Below, one piece after another: positions 9,569 through 17,788 of a stretch of 64,000 bases of DNA. Made by a program: the position numbers and the translations under genes. This stretch comes from Gaiellaceae bacterium (lineage in GTDB: Bacteria > Actinomycetota > Thermoleophilia > Gaiellales > Gaiellaceae). The notes beneath the pieces are model-generated. The model worked only from the letters and a program-made list of their open reading frames with translations. It did not search any database and was not told where the DNA came from. Position 1 is the stretch's first letter. Each line of letters opens with the position of its first letter. Location: assembly GCA_036562845.1 (NCBI GenBank), contig DATCJJ010000054.1, forward strand, positions 287-64,286. The letters are read 5' to 3'.

Positions 9569-9918
9569 CACAGGACTATCTCGACCGCCTGCGGGCGGTG
9601 CAGCCGCACGACCTGCCGGGTGACCTCGACCTGTTCGACGAGCACACGGCGACGCGCGGCATGCGGCTGAACAAGGCCGCCTACTCGTTGAAGGACGCAC
9701 ATCAGCGTGAGCTCTTCCACCACGACGAAGAGGCGTGGATGGAGCAGTTCGGGCTCACCGACGAGGAGAAGGACCTGATGCGCACGCGCGACTGGATCGG
9801 GCTCTGGCGCAAAGGGATGTCGATCTACGTGATGGTCAAGCTCTCGGGCGTGACGAACACGCCGCTGCCCGAGATCGGCAAGCAGATGCGCGAGAGCGGA
9901 GGGAGTGCGAATGGCTAG
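9559..9918 (+). CDS. LigA-like small (alpha) subunit of a class III extradiol dioxygenase
   Basis: 119 aa in the frame of ORF 8506..9918. ATG 9559 overlaps the P450 stop. It lies immediately upstream of, and overlaps, the LigB-type gene. The family call is from memory and is moderate. Confidence 0.55.
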   Translation: MELTQDYLDRLRAVQPHDLPGDLDLFDEHTATRGMRLNKAAYSLKDAHQRELFHHDEEAWMEQFGLTDEEKDLMRTRDWIGLWRKGMSIYVMVKLSGVTNTPLPEIGKQMRESGGSANG

Positions 9919-10762
9919 GGTCGTCGGCGGGATCGGCGCGAGCCACGCGCCGTCGATGGAGCACATCTACGACGCGGGCGAAGAGGTGCGCGGGTCGGAC
10001 GAGTGGCAGCCCCTCTTCGGGCCGTTCAAGGACGTCGCGTCCTGGCTCGAGCAGCTCAAGCCCGACCGGCTGGTCGTGATCTACAACGACCACATGGATC
10101 AGTTCTTCCTCAACGCGTATCCGACGTTCGCGCTCGGCGTCGCCGACACGTATCCCGTCGCGGACGAAGGGTTCGGCGCGCGGCCGTTCCCGCCGCTGCC
10201 GGGTGACGCGAGGCTCGGCTGGCACATCGCACGCTCGCTCGTCGCGGACGAGTTCGACATCACGATCTGCCAGGAGCTGGAGGTCGACCACGGCGTCATC
10301 TCGCCCCTGCCGATGGTCGACTTCAGCGAGGGCGAGGGAGGCTGGAAGATCCCGATCGTCCCGCTCGCGGTGAACGTCATCCTCCATCCGCTGCCGTCGC
10401 CGCTGCGCTGCTGGAAGCTCGGGCAGGGGCTGCGACGCGCGATCCTCTCGTACGAGGAAGACCTGAGCGTCGTCGTCGTCGGCACGGGAGGGCTGTCGCA
10501 TCAGCTGACGGGACCGCGGTTCGGCCAGGTGACGCCGGACTGGGACCAGGAGTTCATGCGGCTGCTCGCCGAGGACCCCGAGTCGCTGACGACGTATACC
10601 TACAAGCAGCTGATCGAGCTCGGCGGGACGGAGTCGGTCGAGGTCGTGAACTGGCTCGCGATGCGCGGGGCGCTGCCGCAGGACGCACGGCCCCTCGTCC
10701 AGGCGTACTACGCCCACCGGATCATGGGGTACGGCCTGCAGACGTTCGAGGTGGCGGCATGA
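9911..10762 (+). CDS. LigB-type class III extradiol ring-cleavage dioxygenase, beta subunit
   Basis: Motifs GASHAP, VIYNDHMDQFF, LEVDHGV and GTGGLSHQL. ATG 9911 follows GGAGGGAG. The ORF track begins at GTG 9905. Confidence 0.8.
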   Translation: MARVVGGIGASHAPSMEHIYDAGEEVRGSDEWQPLFGPFKDVASWLEQLKPDRLVVIYNDHMDQFFLNAYPTFALGVADTYPVADEGFGARPFPPLPGDARLGWHIARSLVADEFDITICQELEVDHGVISPLPMVDFSEGEGGWKIPIVPLAVNVILHPLPSPLRCWKLGQGLRRAILSYEEDLSVVVVGTGGLSHQLTGPRFGQVTPDWDQEFMRLLAEDPESLTTYTYKQLIELGGTESVEVVNWLAMRGALPQDARPLVQAYYAHRIMGYGLQTFEVAA

Positions 10763-11661
10763 CGGACGTCGTCGACCGCCTGCTCGACGGTGCCGTCGAC
10801 CTGCACGTGCATCCGTATCCCTCGCCGTTCCCGCGGCGGATGGATGCGGCGGAGGCGGCGCAGCGCGCAGCCGACGCGGGCATGCGCGCGATCGTCGTCA
10901 AGTCGCACCACCACGACACCGCCATGGACGTCGCCGCGCTCCGCGAGCACGGCATCTCGACCGCCGGCATCGACGTCTTCGGCGGCATCGCGCTCAACAC
11001 GCAGGTCGGCGGGCTCAACCCCCACGCCGTCAACCTCTGCCTCGCGATGGGCGGCAAGGTCGTCTGGTTCCCGACGATCGCGTCACCGAAGCACATCGAG
11101 CATCACCGCGAGCATCCGCAGCTGAAGTTCCCCGCGCTCGCCGTCGACCTGATCCCCGAGGAGCCGATCGACGTCTTCGCGAACGGCGCCGGCGAGCTCC
11201 GGCCCGAGGTGCACGAGATCCTGGAGATGATCGCGGACGCCGACGCGGTTCTCGCGTCGGGGCACATGCCGGCGCCGTCGATCATCGCCGTGTTCGAGGC
11301 TGCGAAGGAACACGGCGTCCGGCGCATGATCGTGAATCACCCGAACTTCGTCATCGAGGCGACGAAGGACGAGGTCAAGCGTCTCGCGGAGCTCGGCGCG
11401 TTGATCGAGCACTCGCTCTGCATGTACGACGAGGAGTCGTCGTTCCACAACTGGGCGATCGACGTGCTCGTCGACTGGATCCGCTGGGTCGGCCCGGAGC
11501 ATTCGTCGCTCGGTTCCGATCTCGGGCAGGCGAACAATCCGTTCCCCGTCGACTCGTTCCGCAAGATCTGCACCCGCCTGCTCGAGTCGGGAATGACCGA
11601 GCAGGAGGTGCGGCTCCTCGTCGCCGACAATCCCGCGCGGCTGTTGGGCGTGGATGGATGA
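10759..11661 (+). CDS. metal-dependent TIM-barrel hydrolase (amidohydrolase superfamily, subfamily not recognised)
   Basis: 300 aa. Motifs DLHVHP, KSHHHD, NHPNF and GSDLGQ. ATGA overlap with the ligB-like stop. Confidence 0.5.
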   Translation: MTDVVDRLLDGAVDLHVHPYPSPFPRRMDAAEAAQRAADAGMRAIVVKSHHHDTAMDVAALREHGISTAGIDVFGGIALNTQVGGLNPHAVNLCLAMGGKVVWFPTIASPKHIEHHREHPQLKFPALAVDLIPEEPIDVFANGAGELRPEVHEILEMIADADAVLASGHMPAPSIIAVFEAAKEHGVRRMIVNHPNFVIEATKDEVKRLAELGALIEHSLCMYDEESSFHNWAIDVLVDWIRWVGPEHSSLGSDLGQANNPFPVDSFRKICTRLLESGMTEQEVRLLVADNPARLLGVDG

Positions 11662-12220
11662 CGTCGTGCTCGCGCGCCACGGCGAGAGCGTCACTGCCGC
11701 CGGGGGGATCGTCGGCGGCGACGCGCCGCTGACGGCCGCGGGTCAAGAGCAGGCGCGGCGGCTCGGCCACGAGCTCGCCGCGCTTCCCTTCGACGTCTGC
11801 ATCACGAGCGGCGCGCTCCGCGCGCAGGAGACGGCAGCGATCGCGCTGGCAGGGCGCAGGGTGCCGTGCGAGGTCGACGAGGCGTTCGGCGACATCGACT
11901 TCGGCGAGCTCGCCGGCGGCCCGCTGGAGACGTACCGCGACTGGATCGCCTCGCACGCGCCGACCGAAGCCCCGCCCGCCGGCGAGAGCCGGGTCGCGAC
12001 GCTGCGTCGCTTCGCACGCGCCTATCGCTCGCTGCTCGGCCGCGCGGAGGCGAGCGTGCTCGTCGTCGCCCACGGCCTGACGCTGAGTGCGCTCGCCGAC
12101 GAGCGGCCGCAGCCGGTCGTCGCCGGCGTCCCGTACGGCACGTGGCTCAGGCTCGGCGCCGACGAGCTCGAGGCACGGGTGGCGCGGCTCGAGCGCTGGT
12201 GCGACGCTCCCGCGTGGTGA
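11654..12220 (+). CDS. histidine phosphatase family protein (phosphoglycerate mutase-like)
   Basis: RHGES motif at the N-terminus (VLARHGESV), then SGALRAQETA, and LVVAHG near the C-terminus. 8-nt overlap with the upstream gene. Confidence 0.8.
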   Translation: MDDVVLARHGESVTAAGGIVGGDAPLTAAGQEQARRLGHELAALPFDVCITSGALRAQETAAIALAGRRVPCEVDEAFGDIDFGELAGGPLETYRDWIASHAPTEAPPAGESRVATLRRFARAYRSLLGRAEASVLVVAHGLTLSALADERPQPVVAGVPYGTWLRLGADELEARVARLERWCDAPAW

Positions 12221-12852
12221 TCGGCGGCAAGGCAGAAGGACTGGCGCGCCTGCAGGAGCTCGGCCTGCCTGTCCCGCCGTACGTCGCGATCCCGGTCGGC
12301 GGGGACGTCGACGAACGCGCGGTCGCGGAGCTCGGCGAGCCGCTCGCCGTCCGCTCCTCGGCACTCGGAGAAGACGGGGCGGGCAAGAGCGCCGCCGGCC
12401 AGTACGAGACGGTGCTCGGCGTCACGCGCGACCGCCTGCAGGATGCGATCGCACGCGTGCGCAGCTCGACCGAGCGCGCACGCGCCTACGGGGGCAGTGC
12501 GGACGTCGGCGTCGTCGTCCAACGGCAGGTGCAGGCGACTCGTGCCGGCGTGGCGTTCTCGCGCGATCCCGTCACGGGCGCGGACGAGGTCGTGATCGAG
12601 TGCGCGCTCGGCGGCGGGGAGGCCGTCGTCTCCGGGAGCGTGACGCCCGACCGCTACCGGGTCCGGGACGGCGTGGTGCACGCACGCGCCGCGGGCTCGG
12701 TGCGCACGCTGCGCGACGACGAGGCAGAGGCACTCGCCGCGGTCGTGCGCCGCGCGGAAGCCGGCTTCGGCAGTGCCGTCGACGTCGAGTTCTGCTTCGA
12801 CGGACGCGAGCTGTGGCTCGTGCAGTGCCGGCCGATCACGACGCTGCGATGA
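12217..12852 (+). CDS. PEP/pyruvate-binding (PPDK_N, ATP-grasp) domain protein, stand-alone
   Basis: Last 211 codons of ORF 11866..12852. Motifs GGKAEGLARL, VRSSALGEDG..SAAGQYETVLGV, AGVAFSRDPVTG and ELWLVQCRPIT. GTG 12217 overlaps the phosphatase stop (GTGA). Confidence 0.75.
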   Translation: MIGGKAEGLARLQELGLPVPPYVAIPVGGDVDERAVAELGEPLAVRSSALGEDGAGKSAAGQYETVLGVTRDRLQDAIARVRSSTERARAYGGSADVGVVVQRQVQATRAGVAFSRDPVTGADEVVIECALGGGEAVVSGSVTPDRYRVRDGVVHARAAGSVRTLRDDEAEALAAVVRRAEAGFGSAVDVEFCFDGRELWLVQCRPITTLR

Positions 12853-14261
12853 CGACCTGGCTGCCCGACCCGTCGCATTACCCGGAGCAGATGAGCCCGC
12901 TTTCGGCAACCGTGTGGTTCGAGGCGATGGGTCGCGGCCTCCACGCCGCTGCGCGCGAGCTGCGCGCGCCGTTCGGCGGCTTCGAGACGCGGCTCGAGCT
13001 CGGTTGGGCGTACGAGGGCGAGCTCGAGCCGGACTGGGACGTCGCCCGGAACGTCCTCGAGCGCGCGGCGCTCGAGCTTTCGCAGCGCTGGGAACGCGAG
13101 TTGCGGCCGCGCGTGCTCGAGATCAACGCCGAGCTCGAGGCGATGCGCCCCGAGCACCTCCCACCGGCCGAGGCGGTCGCGCTGCTCGACCGGCTCTGGG
13201 AGCTCGTGCAGGAGGAGTGGACGATTCACTTCCTCGTCGTCCTCCCCGCGCTGACGGCCGTCGAGCACGCCGAGCCCGATGAGCTGGTCGGCATGGAGAA
13301 CCCGGCTGATGACGCCGTCTGGCGCCTCGCCGACACCGCGCGACGCGAGCACGTCGCCGACCTCATCCGCGACTTCGCGCCGGCTGCCGCACTCGGGCGC
13401 TTGCGCGCGACCGCACCGGGCCGCCGGTTTCTGCGCACGCTCGACGAGTACCTGGCCGCCTACGGCGGCCGCTCGCGCTGGCACGAGCTCTCGCTCCCCC
13501 GTGAGGTCGAGCAGCCGCACATGACGCTCGACGCGGTTCGGCTCGCCCTCGAGCTCGACGAGCGCCCGGAGCCCGCTGCCGCGCCGCTACGCGCAGCCGA
13601 TGAGCGCCTCCGTGCCGCGTACGCGCTCAAGGAGCTGCACACATACGACATCGACTACCCGGGCCTGCTCGCCACACGCGAGGCGCTGCTCGGCTTCGGC
13701 CGCCGACTCGTCGGAGAGGGGCTGCTCGATGCCGTCGACGACGTCTGGATGCTCGAGCGCCGCGAGCTTCGTCCGGCGCTGACGGAGGCGATCGATCTGC
13801 GGAGCATCGTCGCGCGCCGCCGAGAGGAACACGCGCGCGGTCTCGCCGAGGGTGTTCGCCCGTACCTCGGCGAGCCGCCCGCAGATCGCACGCGCGACAG
13901 CGTGGTCGAAAGCTTTTACGGCTCCGGCGGCAGCGCCTTGAGCGGCGCGGGCGCGTCGCCCGGCGTCGCCGAGGGGATCGCACGCGTCGTCGCCGGGCCG
14001 GACGACTTCTCGCGCGTCATGAGGGGAGACGTGCTCGTCACGACGACGACGACCCCCGCGTGGACGCCGCTCTTTCCCTCACTCGCCGCACTCGTCACCG
14101 AGACCGGCGGCATTCTCAGTCACGCGGCCGTCGTCGCCCGCGAGTACGGCCTGCCGGCCGTCGTCGGCGCCGCCGGAGCGACGCAAGTGATCGCCGACGG
14201 CACACGCGTGCGCGTCGACGGGAGCGCAGGCACGATCACGCTCGTCGGCGGATCAGCGTGA
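12849..14261 (+). CDS. PEP-utilising enzyme mobile (swivel phospho-His) domain protein with an unrecognised ~370-aa N-terminal region
   Basis: Last 470 codons of ORF 12087..14261. The C-terminal sequence VLVTTTTTPAWTPLFPSLAALVTETGGILSHAAVVAREYGLPAVVG is the mobile-domain signature. ATG 12849 overlaps the previous stop (ATGA). Confidence 0.75.
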   Translation: MTTWLPDPSHYPEQMSPLSATVWFEAMGRGLHAAARELRAPFGGFETRLELGWAYEGELEPDWDVARNVLERAALELSQRWERELRPRVLEINAELEAMRPEHLPPAEAVALLDRLWELVQEEWTIHFLVVLPALTAVEHAEPDELVGMENPADDAVWRLADTARREHVADLIRDFAPAAALGRLRATAPGRRFLRTLDEYLAAYGGRSRWHELSLPREVEQPHMTLDAVRLALELDERPEPAAAPLRAADERLRAAYALKELHTYDIDYPGLLATREALLGFGRRLVGEGLLDAVDDVWMLERRELRPALTEAIDLRSIVARRREEHARGLAEGVRPYLGEPPADRTRDSVVESFYGSGGSALSGAGASPGVAEGIARVVAGPDDFSRVMRGDVLVTTTTTPAWTPLFPSLAALVTETGGILSHAAVVAREYGLPAVVGAAGATQVIADGTRVRVDGSAGTITLVGGSA

Positions 14262-14859
14262 CCCCCTCGCGAACGGTGACGAGCACGGACTCGACGCGCT
14301 CGTCGTCGCGGACGTGGTCGTTGAACCGCTGCATGCTGCGCCCGATCTCCGTGTCGTTGATCCCGAACAGCGTGTTGTCGGCCGCGATGATGCCGTCCGG
14401 CGCGAGCTTAGCCAGTGCGGCCTCGTAGTACTCGACGTACGACTCCTTGTCGGCGTCGATGAAGACGAGGTCGAACGGTCCCTCGAGCCCGGCGATCAAC
14501 TCGAGCCCGTTTCCGACGCGGTACTCGATCCGGTCGGCGACGCCGGCCTCCTCGGCGTACCGCCGCGCGACATCCGTCGTCTCGGCGTTGACGTCGCAGC
14601 TGACGATCGTCCCGCCCGGCGGGAGAGCACGAGCCATCGCGATCGACGACCAGCCCGTGAACGTGCCGATCTCGAGGACGCGGCGCGGCTGCTTCATCGT
14701 GACGAGGAAGGAGAGAAACGCGCCCTCGTGGCCGCCGACCATCATTTCCGCGTTCGGCCGGGTCGCGCGGGTCTCCTCGCCCAGGCGGTCGAACACGTCC
14801 GGCTGGGGCGTGGTGTAGCGCTCGGCGTACGCCTGGATGCTCTCGGGGATGTACTCCAT
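14236..14859 (-). CDS. class I SAM-dependent O-methyltransferase (caffeoyl-CoA OMT-like)
   Basis: 207 aa. Motifs VLEIGTFTGWSSIAMA, DLVFIDADKESY and GIIAADNTLF. Its 3' end overlaps the convergent gene by 26 nt. Confidence 0.85.
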   Translation of the reverse strand: MEYIPESIQAYAERYTTPQPDVFDRLGEETRATRPNAEMMVGGHEGAFLSFLVTMKQPRRVLEIGTFTGWSSIAMARALPPGGTIVSCDVNAETTDVARRYAEEAGVADRIEYRVGNGLELIAGLEGPFDLVFIDADKESYVEYYEAALAKLAPDGIIAADNTLFGINDTEIGRSMQRFNDHVRDDERVESVLVTVREGVTLIRRRA

Positions 14860-14861
14860 GC

Positions 14862-16181
14862 TCAGGTTCCGCGGCGCTCGACACGGTAGGCCGACGTGGT
14901 GTCGACCGCAACCTTGAGCAGCTCGAGTGCGCCGGTGTGATCGCCTTGCTGCTCGAGCAGCGCCGCCTTTTGGCGGTAGGCACGGACCAGGTGTGGATTG
15001 CGGTGATCGGACAGCGCCTCGATCGCGGCGTCGTACATCTCGTCGGCGCGGTCGTCCTCGCCGAGTTGAGCCCAGATGTCGCCGAGCGTCGTGAAGAGGC
15101 GGCCGGCGTCGCCCCGTGTCGTGCCGAGCAGGATCGGCGCGATGTCGAGTGCGATCTCACGCGCGGCGTCGGTGTCGCCCACCATGACGAGCGCGCGCGC
15201 CTGTTCGAGCCGAAGCGTGGCACGCTCGGTCGCCGCACCCAGCCGTTCGACGATCGGGAGCGCGGTCTCGATCAGAGCGAGCGCCTCGTCCGCGCGGCCT
15301 CGCTCGAGCTCGATGTAGGCGAGCAGGTGCTGCGCGCGTGCGATCGAGAGATCATCTTGCGCGACCTCGAGGGTGGCGAGCGCTCGGCGCGCGAAGGTGG
15401 CGGCGAGGTCGTGGCGTCCTTCGATCGTGTGGAGCCGCGATTGCGACCAGAGGGTGCGCGCGCGCAGCTCGGGATCACCGAGTGTCTCCGCTTCGCGGAG
15501 TGCATCGGCGAGCTCCTTGTTCGATTCGGGCAGCGCACCGAGGTCGATGTAGCTGTTCGCGACCAGCAGCGACATCCGGAGGGCCGCCTGCCGGTCGCCG
15601 CGGGCCAGTGCTGCGTCGCGTCCGGCACCGAACAACCGGATCGCCTCCTCGAACCTGCTCGACTGCGCGTGGAGCATGCCGAGCGTCTGCACCGCCGATA
15701 CATCTGCCAGGAACGCGTCGCCGCGCGCGGCCCGCGCTTGCTCGAGAAGCCGGACCGCCTCGTCCGCGTCGTCCTCGGCCGCCGCAATCTGCCCGAGACC
15801 GGCGAGGGCGCGGGCGCGAACCTCGACGTGCCCCTCGCGGGCGAGCCGCGCGTAGATCTCACGCGCCGAGTCGAGCTCGCCGAGCCGAAGCGCGAGCTCC
15901 GCATCGACGAGCGTGTCGTCGACCTGCGGCCGGTCGGGCTGCCCGAGCAGTGACGTCGGCGCGACGCCGAGCCGGTCCGCGAGAGCGTTGATGACCTGAA
16001 GCGACGGGACGCGGTCGCCGCTCTCGATCCGCGAGATGTAGGAGGCGCTGCAGCCGGGGAACTGGAGCTGGCGCAGCGACATGCCGGCGCGAAGCCGCGC
16101 CGAACGGAGGCGGGCGCCGAACGCCTGCGGGTCGTCGACCGGCGTCAGCCGCACAAACCGTTTATTACCCGTTCGCGTCAC
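14862..16181 (-). CDS. XRE-family HTH regulator with a C-terminal TPR-like repeat domain
   Basis: 439 aa. HTH_XRE (FGARLRSARLRAGMSLRQLQFPGCSASYISRIESGDRVPS) followed by Ala/Leu/Arg-rich helical repeats. Its stop lies 2 nt before the OMT start. Confidence 0.8.
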   Translation of the reverse strand: MTRTGNKRFVRLTPVDDPQAFGARLRSARLRAGMSLRQLQFPGCSASYISRIESGDRVPSLQVINALADRLGVAPTSLLGQPDRPQVDDTLVDAELALRLGELDSAREIYARLAREGHVEVRARALAGLGQIAAAEDDADEAVRLLEQARAARGDAFLADVSAVQTLGMLHAQSSRFEEAIRLFGAGRDAALARGDRQAALRMSLLVANSYIDLGALPESNKELADALREAETLGDPELRARTLWSQSRLHTIEGRHDLAATFARRALATLEVAQDDLSIARAQHLLAYIELERGRADEALALIETALPIVERLGAATERATLRLEQARALVMVGDTDAAREIALDIAPILLGTTRGDAGRLFTTLGDIWAQLGEDDRADEMYDAAIEALSDHRNPHLVRAYRQKAALLEQQGDHTGALELLKVAVDTTSAYRVERRGT

Positions 16182-16211
16182 GACGCGACCCCTTGTAGTC
16201 TCTTGTCACCA

Positions 16212-16223
16212 CCTGGCGCCAGG
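16212..16223. promoter_or_regulatory. perfect 12-bp palindrome CCTGGCGCCAGG upstream of the XRE gene
   Basis: Read directly from the sequence. It begins 31 nt upstream of XRE start 16181, in the region divergent from the small ORF. Confidence 0.3.
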
Positions 16224-16256
16224 GGCTGTCGAACACCAACCGAAGGAGGCAGTCCC

Positions 16257-16346
16257 ATGCGGCAAGGAGTTCTCCTTGCGCTGCTCTTGGGCGCCGCGGT
16301 CGTCTTCGCCGCTCTGCTCGGCGAGGGTCCGCCCTGGCCCTTCTAG
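16257..16346 (+). CDS. candidate 29-aa hydrophobic small protein
   Basis: ATG 16257 lies 7 nt after GAAGGAGG. The translation is MRQGVLLALLLGAAVVFAALLGEGPPWPF, a single predicted TM helix. A hairpin follows. No homology evidence. Confidence 0.3.
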   Translation: MRQGVLLALLLGAAVVFAALLGEGPPWPF

Positions 16347-16357
16347 CGCACGAGCCC

Positions 16358-16387
16358 GGGTGCCTGGCGGAACGCCGTCAGGCACCC
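16358..16387 (+). terminator. hairpin GGGTGCCTG-N12-CAGGCACCC downstream of the small ORF
   Basis: 9-bp perfect stem read from the sequence. No T-tract follows. Confidence 0.3.
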
Positions 16388-16622
16388 GCTCGAGACCACG
16401 TTCGCGCATGCACTGACCGTAACCGTGGCCAGTTGTCAGCACAACCCCGCACCGCCCTTCCGAGCCGTTTCCGTCTTTCAACTTCCCCCATTTGGGGGTA
16501 GGCCGCTCGGCCTTTCCAGGCGACAACACTGGCAACGGTTCGGGGAATCAGGCGGAGGGGTAGCCGCAGCTCTCTAGCCCGCCGATTGAAGCTCGCCAAG
16601 CTTCCGACCGCATTTCCGTCGA

Positions 16623-16646
16623 CGGCCCGGTCTCTCCACCGGGCCG
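16623..16646 (-). terminator. hairpin CGGCCCGG-N8-CCGGGCCG just downstream of the aminotransferase stop
   Basis: 8-bp GC stem that begins 12 nt after stop 16658 on the minus strand. No U-tract, which is common in high-GC genomes. Confidence 0.45.
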
Positions 16647-16657
16647 TTGACGTTCGG

Positions 16658-17788
16658 TCACGCCCGCGAACAGGCCGAGGCGGCCGCCAGGTCGAGGCCT
16701 TCGAGGCCTCGGGCGAGCGCTTCCCGGGTCGGCCACGCGAACCCGAGGCGGAAGTAGCGGCGATCCTGGTCGAACCAGTGTCCGGGGCCTACGTAGGTCC
16801 CGTGCCGTTCGAGCAGAGCCGTGTAGAAGCCGTCGAGATCGACGGCGATCTCCGGGCGGATCCGTGGGAAGCACACGACGCCGGCTTTCGGCTCGACCCA
16901 CTCGAAGAGCTCATGGCCGCCGATCCAGTCGCGGACGTCGCCCAGGTGCTGCTCTGTCTTCGCACGAACGAGCGCGAGCACGTCGGCCCGTCGGTCGAGC
17001 ACCCGGGCGGCGAGGTCCTCCTCGAGCACGGCGCCGCAGATGAAGATCTGCTCCTTCGCTGCGAGGAACGTCTCCATCAGGCGCTCGTCCCGGCAGGTCA
17101 GCCAGCCGACCCGGAGACCGGGCAGGCCGTACGTCTTCGACATCGACGAGACGGCGACGACCCGCGGCGACAGGCTCGCCGCCATGGGAAGCGGGTCGGC
17201 ATACGCCAGCTCCCGGTACGTCTCGTCGACGAGGAGTCGCGCGACCGGATGGCTCTCGACGAGCGCGACGAGAGCAGTCAGCTCGTCGCGCGAGATCATG
17301 CTCCCGGTCGGGTTGTGCGGATAGGTCACGCTGACCAACCGCGTGTCCGGCCGCAGCCGCGCTGCGAGTCGCTCCAGATCGAGCTTCCAGCCGTCGTCGA
17401 AGCTGAGCTCGAATGCCTCGAGGTCTGCGGAGACGGCGCGCGGCGTCTCCAGATTCGTCGCGTAGTTCGGAGCGCAGACGAGCACGTGGTCGCCGGCCCC
17501 CACCAGCGTCGTCGCGACGATGAAGAGCGCTGACGCTGCGCCGGCGGTGACGAGGACGTCGTCGGGCGCGAGCGCGCCGTCGTCGCCCACGATCAGGCGG
17601 CGCAGCTGCTCCGCACCGAGGTGGTCGCCGTACGGGAGCAGGGTGCGGCTCAGGTCGGCCTCGATGCCGTAGTCGGCGAGACACATGTCCGAGAACGAGC
17701 TCTCCGCCAGGTTGTTCGCGATCGTCGAGTACCCGAGCTGTTCCGGCGACTCGATCTCGATCGGCGTCCGGCGGTAGTGGACGCTCAT
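16658..17788 (-). CDS. class I/II PLP aminotransferase
   Basis: Last 376 codons of ORF 16658..19489. Motifs NYATN, YPHNPTG and SSMSKTYGLPGLRVGW (PLP Lys). ATG 17788 overlaps the upstream stop (ATGA). Confidence 0.85.
   Translation of the reverse strand: MSVHYRRTPIEIESPEQLGYSTIANNLAESSFSDMCLADYGIEADLSRTLLPYGDHLGAEQLRRLIVGDDGALAPDDVLVTAGAASALFIVATTLVGAGDHVLVCAPNYATNLETPRAVSADLEAFELSFDDGWKLDLERLAARLRPDTRLVSVTYPHNPTGSMISRDELTALVALVESHPVARLLVDETYRELAYADPLPMAASLSPRVVAVSSMSKTYGLPGLRVGWLTCRDERLMETFLAAKEQIFICGAVLEEDLAARVLDRRADVLALVRAKTEQHLGDVRDWIGGHELFEWVEPKAGVVCFPRIRPEIAVDLDGFYTALLERHGTYVGPGHWFDQDRRYFRLGFAWPTREALARGLEGLDLAAASACSRA

Noticed and set aside
16537-16549. GGTTCGGGGAATC, which superficially resembles a tRNA T-arm or a c-di-AMP (ydaO-type) riboswitch fragment.
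   Set aside because: I could not draw an acceptor, D or anticodon stem around it. There is no downstream plus-strand gene for a riboswitch to control. I have no means to score a covariance model here.
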